Origin: Calditrichia bacterium
GTDB taxonomy: Bacteria; Calditrichota; Calditrichia; JAJRVZ01
Direction of reading: 5' to 3'
DNA: 64,000 nt
Assembly: GCA_963796965.1 (NCBI GenBank)
Contig: CAWCNS010000009.1
Span: forward strand, 192,001-256,000
The notes beneath the pieces were generated by a model. That model did not search any database. It worked only from the letters and a program-made list of their open reading frames with translations, and had not been told where the DNA came from. Positions 22,649-33,504 of the stretch are shown in pieces (within the stretch, counting starts at the first letter, position 1; every line of letters starts with the position of its first letter). Both the position numbers and the translations under genes were made by a program.

Positions 22649-24689
22649 TCATTTCACGGTTATATTAAACCATTTATCAGCAATGGATCCATAGGCATCT
22701 GCGGTTACAGCACGGAACCTGTGCGTTCCGGACGCCTCAAACTTCAGCGTATGTTTAGAACCGTTTAATATCTTCCTATCGCCCGATGGCAGATAATGCT
22801 CCCATATAACCTCGGTCCATTCCGTGTTTTGTCTAACTAATATGTTTAGGCCAAGGGGGGGGCATCCACCGGAGGGCGTCGCATCGAGTTCCACATTGCC
22901 GCTGCTTTGTTTTGCTGTCGCCGTTATCTCCGGTTTAGCCTGCAGGTGTGGTCTTGGTGGTGTTCGCGGCGTATCCCTATGTTCCGCCACGCCGTTCCTG
23001 ACAATATCAATCGTGGCATCCGGGCGGATATATATAACCTCCTCGTATCCCTCGCCGTCAAAGCCGTCGGCATCCTGGACAATATCGAAATCCACACCCA
23101 TCCGCAGGAGACGCTCCATTTCGACCGCTGCGTTGTGCATAACCTGACGGTAAGTTACGCCAGATTCGTTGACGTATTCCATATTCCACTTACCGTACAT
23201 GTATATTTTGCCGTAAAATCCGAACGTATAGCCCTCGGGAATGGCAATGGCTGCTTTCGCCGCATAAAGGAGAGCGTCCATGTCGCGGTTGGGGTTTCGT
23301 TCAGCCTGCCCCTTTAGCAGACGGGAAAGGTTTACCTGTTCGGGATAGGGCATGTGATGAGCGTGGGCTGTGGTCCAAAACCAGAAATATTTTGCGCCCA
23401 TGTCGTAAGCTAATGTCAATATCTGAGGCATAATGCGAAGTTCCGTATGCCCATAGATAGAGACACCCCAGTCGCCCCCAAAATGACGGGCTGCCCCGCG
23501 CAATATGGCTATGTTGTATCGTATGAGATAGTCAGGATACGGCGGTATCTCGGAACCATAGTGCATGTTAATCGATGGTATCCAACTGTGTAGAACGTAA
23601 CGGCATTCCTGTATTACGCCAATGGCCCCGGCTTTCATCTACTGCCATCCGGTGCTGATTATTGTTTCCCAGGCGGGAATAGGATGGCTAAGGTCGAGGT
23701 CGCCCAAATCGACATCCTCACGGGTATCGAGAAAATCGTGCAGAAAATAGGGGCGGCGGGATTCTTTCGTTAGGTTGATGGTGAATTGCGTGGCCTCGGC
23801 CCTGCTTTTCGCATTTCCCCTAAGAATTTCATTCTTGGCACGAAATCCCGGCTCGTCATAATACGCATGCCCGCCCAGCATGTTGCTGCGGTAAAGCATT
23901 TCCGGGTAACGGTCGTCTGATTTCGGATGGACGCAAAATACCGGCCAATCCTTGGCCCATTCGTACTGCTCCGGTGTCACCCAGAAAAGGTTGACACCAG
24001 CGCCCATAAGCTCCTCCATATCCTTACGGGTATAATCCTGATACGTATATTCCGTCTTATTAGGCACTTCAAAATCATCGTAAATACGTGCGCCTTCCGT
24101 GTCGCGCACCTTTCGTCCTGTACCGACAGATACTTCCGGCAAAAGCAGCATGCGTTCTGCCCCCGGAACATACACAGACTCACCCTGATCTGTTTTGGTC
24201 AGTTCAAAATCATGTCCCAGGTAGTGAATCCGTTCGGTAAAGGGCAATCCGACTTCTCCTCTGTTGACGGGAAACAGGATATCCCATTTCCGGTGTTCCG
24301 GAAGAAGTGCTTCGCCTGTTATTTTATGGACATATTCACGAGCGGGGCCGTTACCCTCCTGAAAGATGTAACGGGCTGTACGTATGTTTTTCTGCATCCC
24401 GGGGAAGCCCGGCCAGTTGTCTACCAGCGCCCATAGGGCATAACTCTCGCCGTTCTGCTTCACGCCCTTTAGATGAACCCATTGATACTGAAAACCATTC
24501 AGGATTTCCATGTCTCCGAGCGCTAGGTGTAGTTTTACCACGTTCTGTTCAGGCGGGTTTGTTCATTCCGGCAAGGACATATTCCGCACTTTTTACCGGT
24601 GTTAAATCAGCGGCTGTAGCCAAATCGACGCAGATAAAAAAAGCAACTGCCATAATGGTTAAAAGAACACTTGAAACCTGTTTTCGCAT
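22649..24689 (-). pseudogene. Secreted hypothetical protein (possible glycoside hydrolase-like fold), frameshift near 24555 and in-frame TAG at 23639-23641
   Basis: Signal peptide 'MRKQVSSVLLTIMAVAFFICVDLATAA'. ORFs 23639-24541 and 22649-23638 are contiguous and in frame. 'YYDEPG' motif; visibly higher GC than the flanks. Confidence 0.65.
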
Positions 24690-24846
24690 TGTTTGCTCCC
24701 ATTGTTATAAATAACGGTGTTCCGTGACAAACTCTGATTTTTAGTATAATTTTTATATAATATTATAAAAGAAAAGAAGCAATCAATAAAGTCACTTTTT
24801 ATCATGATACACCTATCTTAATTTTCATCAGCAACATTCTCCTAAT

Positions 24847-25328
24847 TCAAATTTCTCTTGCTCTTCCAATACGGATTGCATCTACTAATGCCAATATTTC
24901 ATGCAATTGTGAATCTATGTGAACAGCATTTACAACCGATTTGTACAGAGGGATAACACAATACCCACGCATGGTTCCACGGCCTGATGGCCAGACATAA
25001 TTTTCATCACTCTGAATTATTTTACAAAGGGGTTTCGCCCCGAGTGGGCGGTGGGTATCCCTCTCACCATTGCCCCAGGTTGTTGTGGAAAGACATACTG
25101 GATACCATATTGTAAAAAGTCCATCAGCGCCATTTTGAAAACCTGTTTACCTTTCTCATCCAGTAACCTAGCAAATTTTGACCGGACTAATGATTTACTT
25201 ACCTCCGACTGGCTAATAAACAATTGATTGGCTAACAGCACCTGATACCAGGGTTCACCTTTATAGGTAATAATCTTAAGTAAGACGACGATATCCAGAG
25301 GACTGATTATTTGCTGTCGTTGTTTCAT
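24847..25328 (-). pseudogene. Winged-HTH putative antitoxin of an NTase-type TA pair (frameshift near 25030; partner absent)
   Basis: 'SPLDIVVLLKI...LANQLFISQSEVSKSL.R...FLQYGIQYVFP..PG..VRGIPTAHS' continues in another frame as 'IQSDENYVWP...RG...IPLY......D..LHEILALVDAIRIGRARE'. Confidence 0.7.
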
Positions 25329-25348
25329 TTATACTCCTCTATTCCATA

Positions 25349-25376
25349 TTCGAATCCAGTATCGTTGAGTCCCACC
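25349..25376 (+). repeat. att-like copy of the tRNA-Val 3' end
   Basis: TTCGAATCCAGTATCG is identical to 22111-22126, followed after 6 nt by CCCACC. Confidence 0.75.
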
Positions 25377-25698
25377 TACCCTCTTCTCTAGGGGAAGATG
25401 GGGATAGCAATCTGAACATCATCAAATATTCAACACATCCAACCACACCCAGCTCAATATTCTCCTTCAAATTACAAATTCCAGAATTCTAATTATTCAG
25501 ATTATTATTGCATTCCCTCGCTGAGAAGGTATATTAATACACTGAAATAGACTCAAACCACTCAGACTAAATATCTTAATGAATTCATATTAAAAACGAC
25601 AGGCAGACCATCCTTTTTTTAGACAGCACTTTTAATTAGAGAGAATTTCTCAATCAAAATAGAATCGTAAAATTATTTTGTTCAGAGGAGATATACTC

Positions 25699-28410
25699 AT
25701 GAAAACTTTAGTAAAAGTTATTCTAATAATGATTTTTATCACCTCTCTTTCCTCGGATCCAGTAAAAATTCTAAATCCTATTATTGCTGATTTTCAGGTT
25801 AATGAAAATGGGGTACTCTCTGGTGCTAATCAAGGTAACGCTTCCATTTCAGCAGATAGCAGCGGAAACTTTATCATTGCCTGGCAGGATGGACGGAATG
25901 GCCATAATGACATTTACGCTCAGCGATACGCAAGTGATGGAACGGCATTGGGGAATAATTTCCAAGTCAATGATGATCAGGGGCTTAAAGGGCGATATGA
26001 ACCTTCCATTTCTTCAGATGTCAGCGGGAACTTTATCATCACATGGCGTGATGGACGCGATTGTAATTGGGACATTTTGCGTGATGGACGCGACAAGGTT
26101 AATTGGGACATTTACGCTCAGCGATACGCAAGTGATGGCACAACATTAGGGAGTAATTTCCAAGTCAACGATGATCAGGGGAGTGAAGGGCAATATGAAC
26201 CTTCCATTTCTTCAGATGTCAGCGGAAACTTTATCATTGCCTGGTGGGATACACGGAGTGGCAATAATGACATTTATGCACAGAGGTATTCAAGTGATGG
26301 AACCCCCCTGGGGAGTAATTTTAAAGTCAACGATGATACGGGTAGTTACGGTGATTATGAACCTTCCATTTCTGCAGATGTCAGCGGAAACTTTATCATC
26401 ACATGGCGTGATGGACGCAATGCTAATGATGACATTTACGCTCAACGATATGCAAGCGATGGCACAACATTAGGGAGTAATTTCCAAGTCAACGATGATC
26501 AGGGGACCGAACAGCAACGTAGACCTTCCCTTTTTGCAGATGTCAGCGGAAACTTTATCATTGCCTGGGAGGATGAACGGAATATCTATAATGACAATTA
26601 CGATATTGACATTTACGCTCAGAGGTATTCAAGCGATGGTATAGCACTGGGAAATAATTTTAAAGTCAACGAGGATCAGAGGATTTACCTGCAATGGGAA
26701 CCTTCCATTTCTGCAGATGTCAGCGGAAACTTTATCATCACATGGCGTGATGGACGGAATTACCATAATGACATTTACGCTCAGAGGTATTCAAGCGATG
26801 GCATAGCACTGGGAAGTAATTTTAAAGTCAACGATGATCAGGGGAGTGAAAGTAAATTTGGACCTTCCATTTCCGCAGATGTCAGCGGAAACTTTATCAT
26901 CACATGGCGTTATGATCATAATGGCAATTCTGACATTTATGCACAGAGGTATTCAAGTAATGTAACCCCACTGGGGAGTAATTTCCAAGTCAACGATGAT
27001 CAGGGGAGCGAAGGTCAAAATTGTCCTTCCATTTCTGCAGATGGCAGCGGCAACTTTATCATCACCTGGCGTGATGAACGCAATGTTGATGGTGATATAT
27101 ACGGACAGAGATATTCCAAAGATGGAACCGCAATGGGAAGTAATTTTAAAGTCAACGATGATCAAGGGAGTTACTGGCCAGATCGGCAATACTTTTCTTC
27201 CATTTCAGCAGATAGCAGCGGGATCTTTATAATTACATGGGAAGATTACCGCAATAATAACTATGACATTTATGCTCAGAGGTATTCAAGTGATGGAACC
27301 CCACTGGGGAGTAATTTCCAGGTCAATGATGATCAGGGGAATGAAGGTCAAAAATATCCTTCCATTTCTACAGATGGCAGCGGAAACTTTATCATCACAT
27401 GGCGTGATCATCGTAATGGCAATTCTGACATTTACGCTCAGAGGTATTTAAGCGATGGTACAGCATTAGGGAGTAATTTTCAAGTTAATGATGATCAGGG
27501 GAGTAATGGGCAATATTACCCTTCCATCTCAGCAGATGGCAGCGGAAACTTTATCATCACATGGCGTGATTATCGCAATGGCAATGCTGACATTTATGCT
27601 CAGAGGTATTCAAGTAATGGAATCCCACTGGGGAGTAATTTCCAAGTCAATGATGATATGAACAGTGAAGGGCAATATAACCCTTCCATCTCAGCAGATG
27701 GCAGTGGGATCTTTATCATTACATGGGAAGATTACCGCAATAATAACTATGACATTTATGCTCAGCGATACGCAAGCGATGGCACCCCACTGGGGAGCAA
27801 TTTCCAAATCAACGATGATCAAGGTAGTACTTGGCAACACTTTTCTTCCATTTCAGCAGATGAAAGCGGGAATTTTATCATTGTGTGGATTGATGAACGC
27901 AATGATGATGATGATATATATGCTCAGCGATACAAAAGCGATGGAACAGCATTAGGTAGTAATTTTCGGGTGACCAATATTAGTGATGGGTCGCAAAAAT
28001 ACCCAAAAGTCGAATTGTGGAAAAATCGAATCTACAGTACATGGGAAGATAATCGTGCGGGTGGAACAGGAAATGATATTTGGGCAAACGTTTTAAATTG
28101 GGAAGATCCTGTGGGGGCAAGTGTTGATGAAATATCTCAGATACCATTAACATTTGTTTTGAATCAAAACTATCCCAACCCCTTTAACCCCTCAACCACA
28201 ATCGATTTCACTTTACCAAAATCCGAATTCGTTACTCTTAAGATATACAATATCCTTGGGGAAGAGGTGGCTACATTGGTAAATGATAAGCTCCAAGCAG
28301 GCAATCATACTTATCAGTTTGATGGAAGTAATCTCACTTCTGGAATCTACCTTTATCGTATTGAAGGGGGCAAATATTCTCAAGTACGGAAAATGATCCT
28401 AATAAAGTGA
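25699..28410 (+). CDS. Secreted repeat protein: 13 full plus 1 degenerate 54-aa repeats and a T9SS-like C-terminal sorting domain
   Basis: Unit 'NFQVNDDQG...PSISADxSGNFIIxWxDxRxxxxDIYAQRYxSDGTxLGS' with 162-bp period; CTD 'QNYPNPFNPSTTI...SGIYLYRIE...RKMILIK'. Confidence 0.92.
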   Translation: MKTLVKVILIMIFITSLSSDPVKILNPIIADFQVNENGVLSGANQGNASISADSSGNFIIAWQDGRNGHNDIYAQRYASDGTALGNNFQVNDDQGLKGRYEPSISSDVSGNFIITWRDGRDCNWDILRDGRDKVNWDIYAQRYASDGTTLGSNFQVNDDQGSEGQYEPSISSDVSGNFIIAWWDTRSGNNDIYAQRYSSDGTPLGSNFKVNDDTGSYGDYEPSISADVSGNFIITWRDGRNANDDIYAQRYASDGTTLGSNFQVNDDQGTEQQRRPSLFADVSGNFIIAWEDERNIYNDNYDIDIYAQRYSSDGIALGNNFKVNEDQRIYLQWEPSISADVSGNFIITWRDGRNYHNDIYAQRYSSDGIALGSNFKVNDDQGSESKFGPSISADVSGNFIITWRYDHNGNSDIYAQRYSSNVTPLGSNFQVNDDQGSEGQNCPSISADGSGNFIITWRDERNVDGDIYGQRYSKDGTAMGSNFKVNDDQGSYWPDRQYFSSISADSSGIFIITWEDYRNNNYDIYAQRYSSDGTPLGSNFQVNDDQGNEGQKYPSISTDGSGNFIITWRDHRNGNSDIYAQRYLSDGTALGSNFQVNDDQGSNGQYYPSISADGSGNFIITWRDYRNGNADIYAQRYSSNGIPLGSNFQVNDDMNSEGQYNPSISADGSGIFIITWEDYRNNNYDIYAQRYASDGTPLGSNFQINDDQGSTWQHFSSISADESGNFIIVWIDERNDDDDIYAQRYKSDGTALGSNFRVTNISDGSQKYPKVELWKNRIYSTWEDNRAGGTGNDIWANVLNWEDPVGASVDEISQIPLTFVLNQNYPNPFNPSTTIDFTLPKSEFVTLKIYNILGEEVATLVNDKLQAGNHTYQFDGSNLTSGIYLYRIEGGKYSQVRKMILIK

Positions 28411-28742
28411 CATCTCTTCATAATAGGTACTAGTGCCCCCTACCTCAGCACTATTGATACAGATGCCTTTTTAATCGCTCTGGACGAGCGGAAGTCCGCC
28501 CTCCGGACTCACAAATCCGCTTTTAGCGGAAAGCACTAAACTCTAAAACCTTAAACCAGTCCAAACGCCAGAAGCGTTGTAAATTATTTATATTGCTACA
28601 CTATAGATTTAAGGTTTATTATATTGGATCGACCGTTCAACTATTATTTATTAAACAAACTTCTTATTTTTATAAAGGATCATCATGCTGTCACCAGATT
28701 CTAATCATTATAAATCTTCATTTAAAATAGGAAGGATTATCC

Positions 28743-29549
28743 ATGAAAAATCTAAATATTTTTTTCGGGTGGCTTAGCTTGTTTGCTATAATTATATCTA
28801 TGGGAATGGCTGCACAAAATTCTAATACCTCCAATGCAGAGGGGCAACTTATTGTAGCCGGCAACAAGGTTCAAATTCAACATGCTTATGCGATGGCTCA
28901 ACCAGGCTTTTTTGATAAGGCCCAGGAAGATATTTTATTAATCGTTACTAACATTCCCTTAACAGATAAAGCCATTGAAGACCGCTGGGAGCGGAATACC
29001 CTGGCAAGTGAAAGAAATCTTAAAACTCAGGAATCCTCTTCTTATCTAATCCAGGCTCAATTCGAGAACTGTCAGCATGGCTTGCTTTCCCAACCAAATG
29101 GTGGTCCCTTTTCTGTCTTCCTGTTTTGTGATGACGCATTAGGCTCAAACATAGGCGTTATTCTCACGCAGCCCGGTGCCGGTCCAGGTAAAATAAAACT
29201 AACTGGTGAACAGATTTGGGATAAGTGGGACACCAACGATCGTTTTTGGCAAGATAACTTATGGGCGACAGATGTTGTTAATTTTCTTTGGTCTCCATCA
29301 CTACAATATCTGTATGTGGCAACTTCAGGAATCTATGGCAACGGAGGATTCTTCAAACTGGATCTTAAGGCACGTGTTTTTGAATGCGTTTTGCCTGATA
29401 CATCGGCGAAATATTTTTCTAGATTGAAAACAGGCTATCTTACAAGCATTGAAAAGGTTGATACAAATAACGAACTTATTACCATAGGAATCTATTCTTA
29501 TGACAAAACGCGCATGCTAATCGCAACAGAAGAGATACCCTTAGAGTAG
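28743..29549 (+). CDS. Exported hypothetical protein
   Basis: 268-aa ORF with RBS and signal peptide; followed by an attC-like remnant. Confidence 0.7.
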   Translation: MKNLNIFFGWLSLFAIIISMGMAAQNSNTSNAEGQLIVAGNKVQIQHAYAMAQPGFFDKAQEDILLIVTNIPLTDKAIEDRWERNTLASERNLKTQESSSYLIQAQFENCQHGLLSQPNGGPFSVFLFCDDALGSNIGVILTQPGAGPGKIKLTGEQIWDKWDTNDRFWQDNLWATDVVNFLWSPSLQYLYVATSGIYGNGGFFKLDLKARVFECVLPDTSAKYFSRLKTGYLTSIEKVDTNNELITIGIYSYDKTRMLIATEEIPLE

Positions 29550-29861
29550 ATGGCTAACTTCAATCAAGCTGACCTCACTACCCACCGCCGTGAATTTGCG
29601 AATACGGATTTGAAGACTATGAATTTATTTCTACAACTCATATATTAATATAAAGTTACAAATGTGTGCGATCTAAAAATCTACAAATACAATGCCAATT
29701 TGTATTTGCACGATTGAGTCAGCTTATACTATCATCAAACTTAACAGCATCGCGAAGCGAATATAATTGATTATAGTATTGCAGGTCTATAAGTTTTATA
29801 TCCCACCACAGTATAATTCGTATTGCTAATAAACGAAAAGACTAAAAAAGGAGAGATAAAA

Positions 29862-30293
29862 ATGAATGAAAATGACTGGGTTGTTAAAGCTCCCAAATCT
29901 TCCCCGCACACAGAATTTGAACAACTGGCTTATATTGAATCTTTTGATGCTGTTGTTGATAAGACGTACGCATTTGTTGTTTACAAAGAAACAAAAGCAG
30001 ATTCTGGTAAATGGGTAATAAGGATCAAAGGTTCTGTTACCGCCGGTACCGTGTTTGATCCTGATAGTCCTTCTTTAAAAAATGCATTCAGAAAAGCCGC
30101 CGGACATGAAGAACCGTATATTGTATGGGGTTTTAATCTCCTGCCTAAAGGGAATGATCCAAGGCTGGTTGAAAATCGGGTTTTGATTGATGAAAATGGA
30201 AAGCCTGCCGCAATCGAAATACATCTGATTACCAGAAAAGCAGACGGATCAGCGCGGGATAAAGAAGTTGTGTCAGTTGAGTGGCCGGGTTAA
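29862..30293 (+). CDS. Hypothetical protein
   Basis: AAGGAG RBS before ATG 29862; coherent 143-aa ORF. Confidence 0.7.
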   Translation: MNENDWVVKAPKSSPHTEFEQLAYIESFDAVVDKTYAFVVYKETKADSGKWVIRIKGSVTAGTVFDPDSPSLKNAFRKAAGHEEPYIVWGFNLLPKGNDPRLVENRVLIDENGKPAAIEIHLITRKADGSARDKEVVSVEWPG

Positions 30294-30482
30294 TACAAGT
30301 TCTGTAGTTGTCATATTAACAGTCGAAAAGAGATTTGATAAAATTCCTGTTTTTATTCACCTCTCCCCGACCCTCTCCTCAAGGAGAGGGAAAAATAGGA
30401 AACCCCGGGGCAAGCCCCGAGGAATTCTCTTGATTAACATATCTGAATCACCGTGTAGGCAAGAGTAAATACTTAAGGAGAC

Positions 30483-31436
30483 TTGAAATTGAATACACTT
30501 GATATTCTTCTGGTTCTTGCATTATTAAGCACGATCGCGATGACAGTTATGACCCAACAGCCAACAGGACCGGAGGGGGCCATGGGCATCTGGCCAGGAT
30601 TTCTTATTCCCTGTCTGCTAACAGCCATCCTGGTCTTTGTTATGGTTGGGAAGGGATTGTTGGACGTTATACCCGGTGGCAGCCTGGTACAGTTTTTCAT
30701 CGCAGTCGGTGTTTTAATCACGTTTTGCATGGCCATCTTGGGGACCATTGATCGTCACAATTATAATTGGATTATTCAAGGATTGGTGATCACCATTCCT
30801 TCCCTGATCCTCGTAGCGTGTGCTGTAATAATCCATCAAACTGATTTTCCAAATCCTGGGCCCATTCTTTTGCTGGCAACCATATTTGTAGGCGGGGTGG
30901 CAGTAACTGGCTGGGGGTTAGCAGGCAAGGGTATTTATCTTTACATGCAAAAAGAAATGGAACAGTCTGCCTTACAGGTGCAAAAGGAAAAGGAGCAGTT
31001 GGATGAGCGCGAGCAATGGGAAAAGGCTGAGTACGCAAAACTTAATGACTCACCGTCGCTCTATGCCTTGCTTCAGTTTATATGGGCGCGAAATGATGAG
31101 GTTCAGCAACTGGCCCATGAACGATTAAGAAATTATCCCCAGCTGGATGAAGAACTGATCGAGTTACTTAATACGGATAATGATCAGGCCATCTCCTATG
31201 TGGCAAAATTGTATGATAATCCGCCGCAGAAACTCGCTCCGGCCTGGGGGAGAATGCTTGAACGACAGTTAAAAAAGTGGGACAGTCTTCAATATGATGC
31301 GAATGCCGGTACCTGGGAGCAAAACCTGAAAGTATATTTTATGGGTGCGGAGAAAATCCAGAATGCGGGTGGGTCTCTTCACGATGAGTTACTGGCCTGG
31401 CACCAGCATTTGTTGAAATGTAAAGGGCTTGGGTAA
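30483..31436 (+). CDS. Multi-pass membrane protein with soluble helical C-terminal domain
   Basis: About five hydrophobic segments then a helical domain. AAGGAG RBS. The true end may be ~31484 if a G-run indel is corrected. Confidence 0.7.
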   Translation: MKLNTLDILLVLALLSTIAMTVMTQQPTGPEGAMGIWPGFLIPCLLTAILVFVMVGKGLLDVIPGGSLVQFFIAVGVLITFCMAILGTIDRHNYNWIIQGLVITIPSLILVACAVIIHQTDFPNPGPILLLATIFVGGVAVTGWGLAGKGIYLYMQKEMEQSALQVQKEKEQLDEREQWEKAEYAKLNDSPSLYALLQFIWARNDEVQQLAHERLRNYPQLDEELIELLNTDNDQAISYVAKLYDNPPQKLAPAWGRMLERQLKKWDSLQYDANAGTWEQNLKVYFMGAEKIQNAGGSLHDELLAWHQHLLKCKGLG

Positions 31437-31504
31437 TCTGGCCGCCTTTGTAAAGAAATTGTTGGATACAAATACCAAATCTTAATCAGGGAGTAAGGGA
31501 AGAA

Positions 31505-32107
31505 ATGCCCGGCAAAGCATACCAACTATTTCTTGACAGTATGATAATGAATTTCGACCGATGGCACGATGGGACAAGCTACGATTTGGAAGCGCTTGAG
31601 CGACTTGGACCGGAGGAACGGGCTTCTATTGAGGAGTTACTGATCGAGAATCTGAAAGAAGCGGGGGACTGGCGTGATGTGAATGCGTTAGCAGCTTTGG
31701 GAACCGATTCAGCGCGCAAGGCAGTGGATAAAGCGCGGTTTCACCACAAAACCAAGGTACGGGATTATGCCCTCAAAATTATCCTCACGACCCATAATTC
31801 CAAAGATAGGACAAAAAAGGATATCGCTGAATTGGAAGATCAGGTCGTCCAGGCTGTAAAGCGTGGCAACTTTCAAATAGCTGCATACATGCCGACCATG
31901 CGGGTTAAAAAGGCGCTGCTCGATTCTACGCGGGAAGCTGACAGTGTAATTCGCGTCAATGCCGCAGCTTTTTTGTTGTACCTTTGTGGTCAGGCACCGG
32001 AGCCTTTTGACTGGAGCCAGCGGCCGTTCTTTCTGCTCTTTGGAAATGATGATCCAAAGATGCTTCAGCAGGCATGGGAACACCTGCGCAAGCGTACAGG
32101 ACTATGA
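31505..32107 (+). CDS. Hypothetical helical (HEAT-like) protein
   Basis: 200-aa ORF with 'VNALAALG' and 'IRVNAAAFLLYL' helices. Confidence 0.7.
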   Translation: MPGKAYQLFLDSMIMNFDRWHDGTSYDLEALERLGPEERASIEELLIENLKEAGDWRDVNALAALGTDSARKAVDKARFHHKTKVRDYALKIILTTHNSKDRTKKDIAELEDQVVQAVKRGNFQIAAYMPTMRVKKALLDSTREADSVIRVNAAAFLLYLCGQAPEPFDWSQRPFFLLFGNDDPKMLQQAWEHLRKRTGL

Positions 32108-32124
32108 GCGGCAATTTCGATGCA

Positions 32125-32193
32125 AATTTGGAAAAAATGGACAAGAAAAGCCATGAAGACGCATTAACTAAACTAATTAAGATCTTTAAGTAG
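32125..32193 (+). pseudogene. 3' tail of an AbiEii gene paralogous to 39831-40745
   Basis: 32 bp identical to 40677-40708. Encodes NLEKMDKKSHEDALTKLIKIFK* versus NLEKMDKKSHEKALTKLIKIFE*. Confidence 0.9.
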
Positions 32194-32453
32194 TCCAATC
32201 ATATTGTTTTTTAGAATTTTCACCATAGTTTTATATATCTTCTTCACACCTCCCACAAAGACATCACCAAAAGAATCATCCGTTCGATTTTTCCGCACTT
32301 GTAAATATATGGGGAGAAAATGAACGAGCCAAAGTTAATGTAGATTATTGTTAACAGTAGTGAACTGAGGCAATTTATAGATGGATGCCGGATTCAGAAA
32401 AAATTTTTATATAATAATGTTATCACTTGCATTTCAATAAATTTTTATTAATT

Positions 32454-32490
32454 TTATTGAAACTATAGTTTAATTATTGAAACTATAGTT
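32454..32490 (+). promoter_or_regulatory. Tandem operator: two TTATTGAAACTATAGTT copies, each containing palindrome AACTATAGTT
   Basis: Exact 17-bp direct repeats at 32454 and 32474, downstream of a TTGCAT/TATTAAT promoter-like pair. Confidence 0.7.
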
Positions 32491-32546
32491 CACAGAAATA
32501 TAGATTGTCTTTTAAGACGCAATCCAAATTAATAGGAGTATATTCA

Positions 32547-33504
32547 GTGAGGCCAATTAGTTACGAACAAAATCATTTAATTCATCCTCTGAATGAACTT
32601 TTAGGTACTGAAGCACATGTAAGACTACTTAGAATTATGGCAAATGATGTAGAGGGATCTCTAACAGCTTCAGATGCTGCAGAGAGAGCGGGCATAACAC
32701 CTCAAGGAGCCTTTAAGGCATTAAAGCGCCTTGTTCGCTCTGGTTATATTATACAAATTGGCGGGGGACGAAAAAGACAATATGCACTCCGCCGGAATGA
32801 TAAGCTGGTTGAAGCCTTACTTGATCTATTTCAAACCGAAGCAAATCGTTATAGATTGTTAATCGAAAATATAAAGAAAAAAATAGAGGTTCCTAAGTTT
32901 ACTCCGCGATCAGTATGGATTGAAATATTCCCAGATCAATTCGAAGATCCACTTGTTTTGGGAGTACTACATCAAACGCGTCACTTAAATAGTTATGTAA
33001 ATGAACTGCAGAATGAACTTAGAATGGTAGAGCAAGAATTCGATATTACAATTGAGGTGACGGGATACACCAGGGCCGATGTCCCTATTATCAACTTCCG
33101 GTGAAACGAAACACTTATATGGGATTCCGCCCTTTAGAGATAACAATACTATTGAATTATTAACTGGAATGAAAAAGCACGAGGATGTGGATGATTATCT
33201 ATTAAAAATTTGTCACACATTGTCCGTATTAGTTGAGCAGAATACATCTCTTGTGCGGCGCGCGAAAAACCATGTTAAAAAATTGTTGGAAGCAGAGCAT
33301 GGATCGGCTACTAAATCCATAGAGGAATGGCAAAAAATTTTAGAGACATATTCAGAACGGAGATTAATAAATTTTTTAGTATCACGAAGCCAGCGGGCAA
33401 CTCGCCTACGTCAAAGTTGTCCTTTTTTTGCTGTCCTTGAGAATAGTGAAAAAGCCAAAGTCATAGATAAACTTGGAGGAGAAGTTGACACGCGAACAAC
33501 TTGA
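32547..33504 (+). CDS. HTH-containing putative antitoxin (probably one ~320-aa gene; frameshift near 33095)
   Basis: GTG after AGGAG. N-terminal wHTH 'LTASDAAERAGITPQGAFKALKRLVRSGYI'. C-terminal 'EEWQKIL...RATRLRQSCPF..VL', a motif I associate with DUF6036 partners. Confidence 0.7.

Noticed and set aside
23639..23641. TAG recoding (pyrrolysine or readthrough) in the 22649-24689 gene
   Set aside because: TAG is used as a normal stop elsewhere (e.g. 16930, 29549, 34018), no pyl genes are seen, and the same gene has another lesion.
25699..28410. Diversity-generating retroelement target
   Set aside because: No reverse transcriptase or template repeat is present, and differences between repeats are not confined to adenines.
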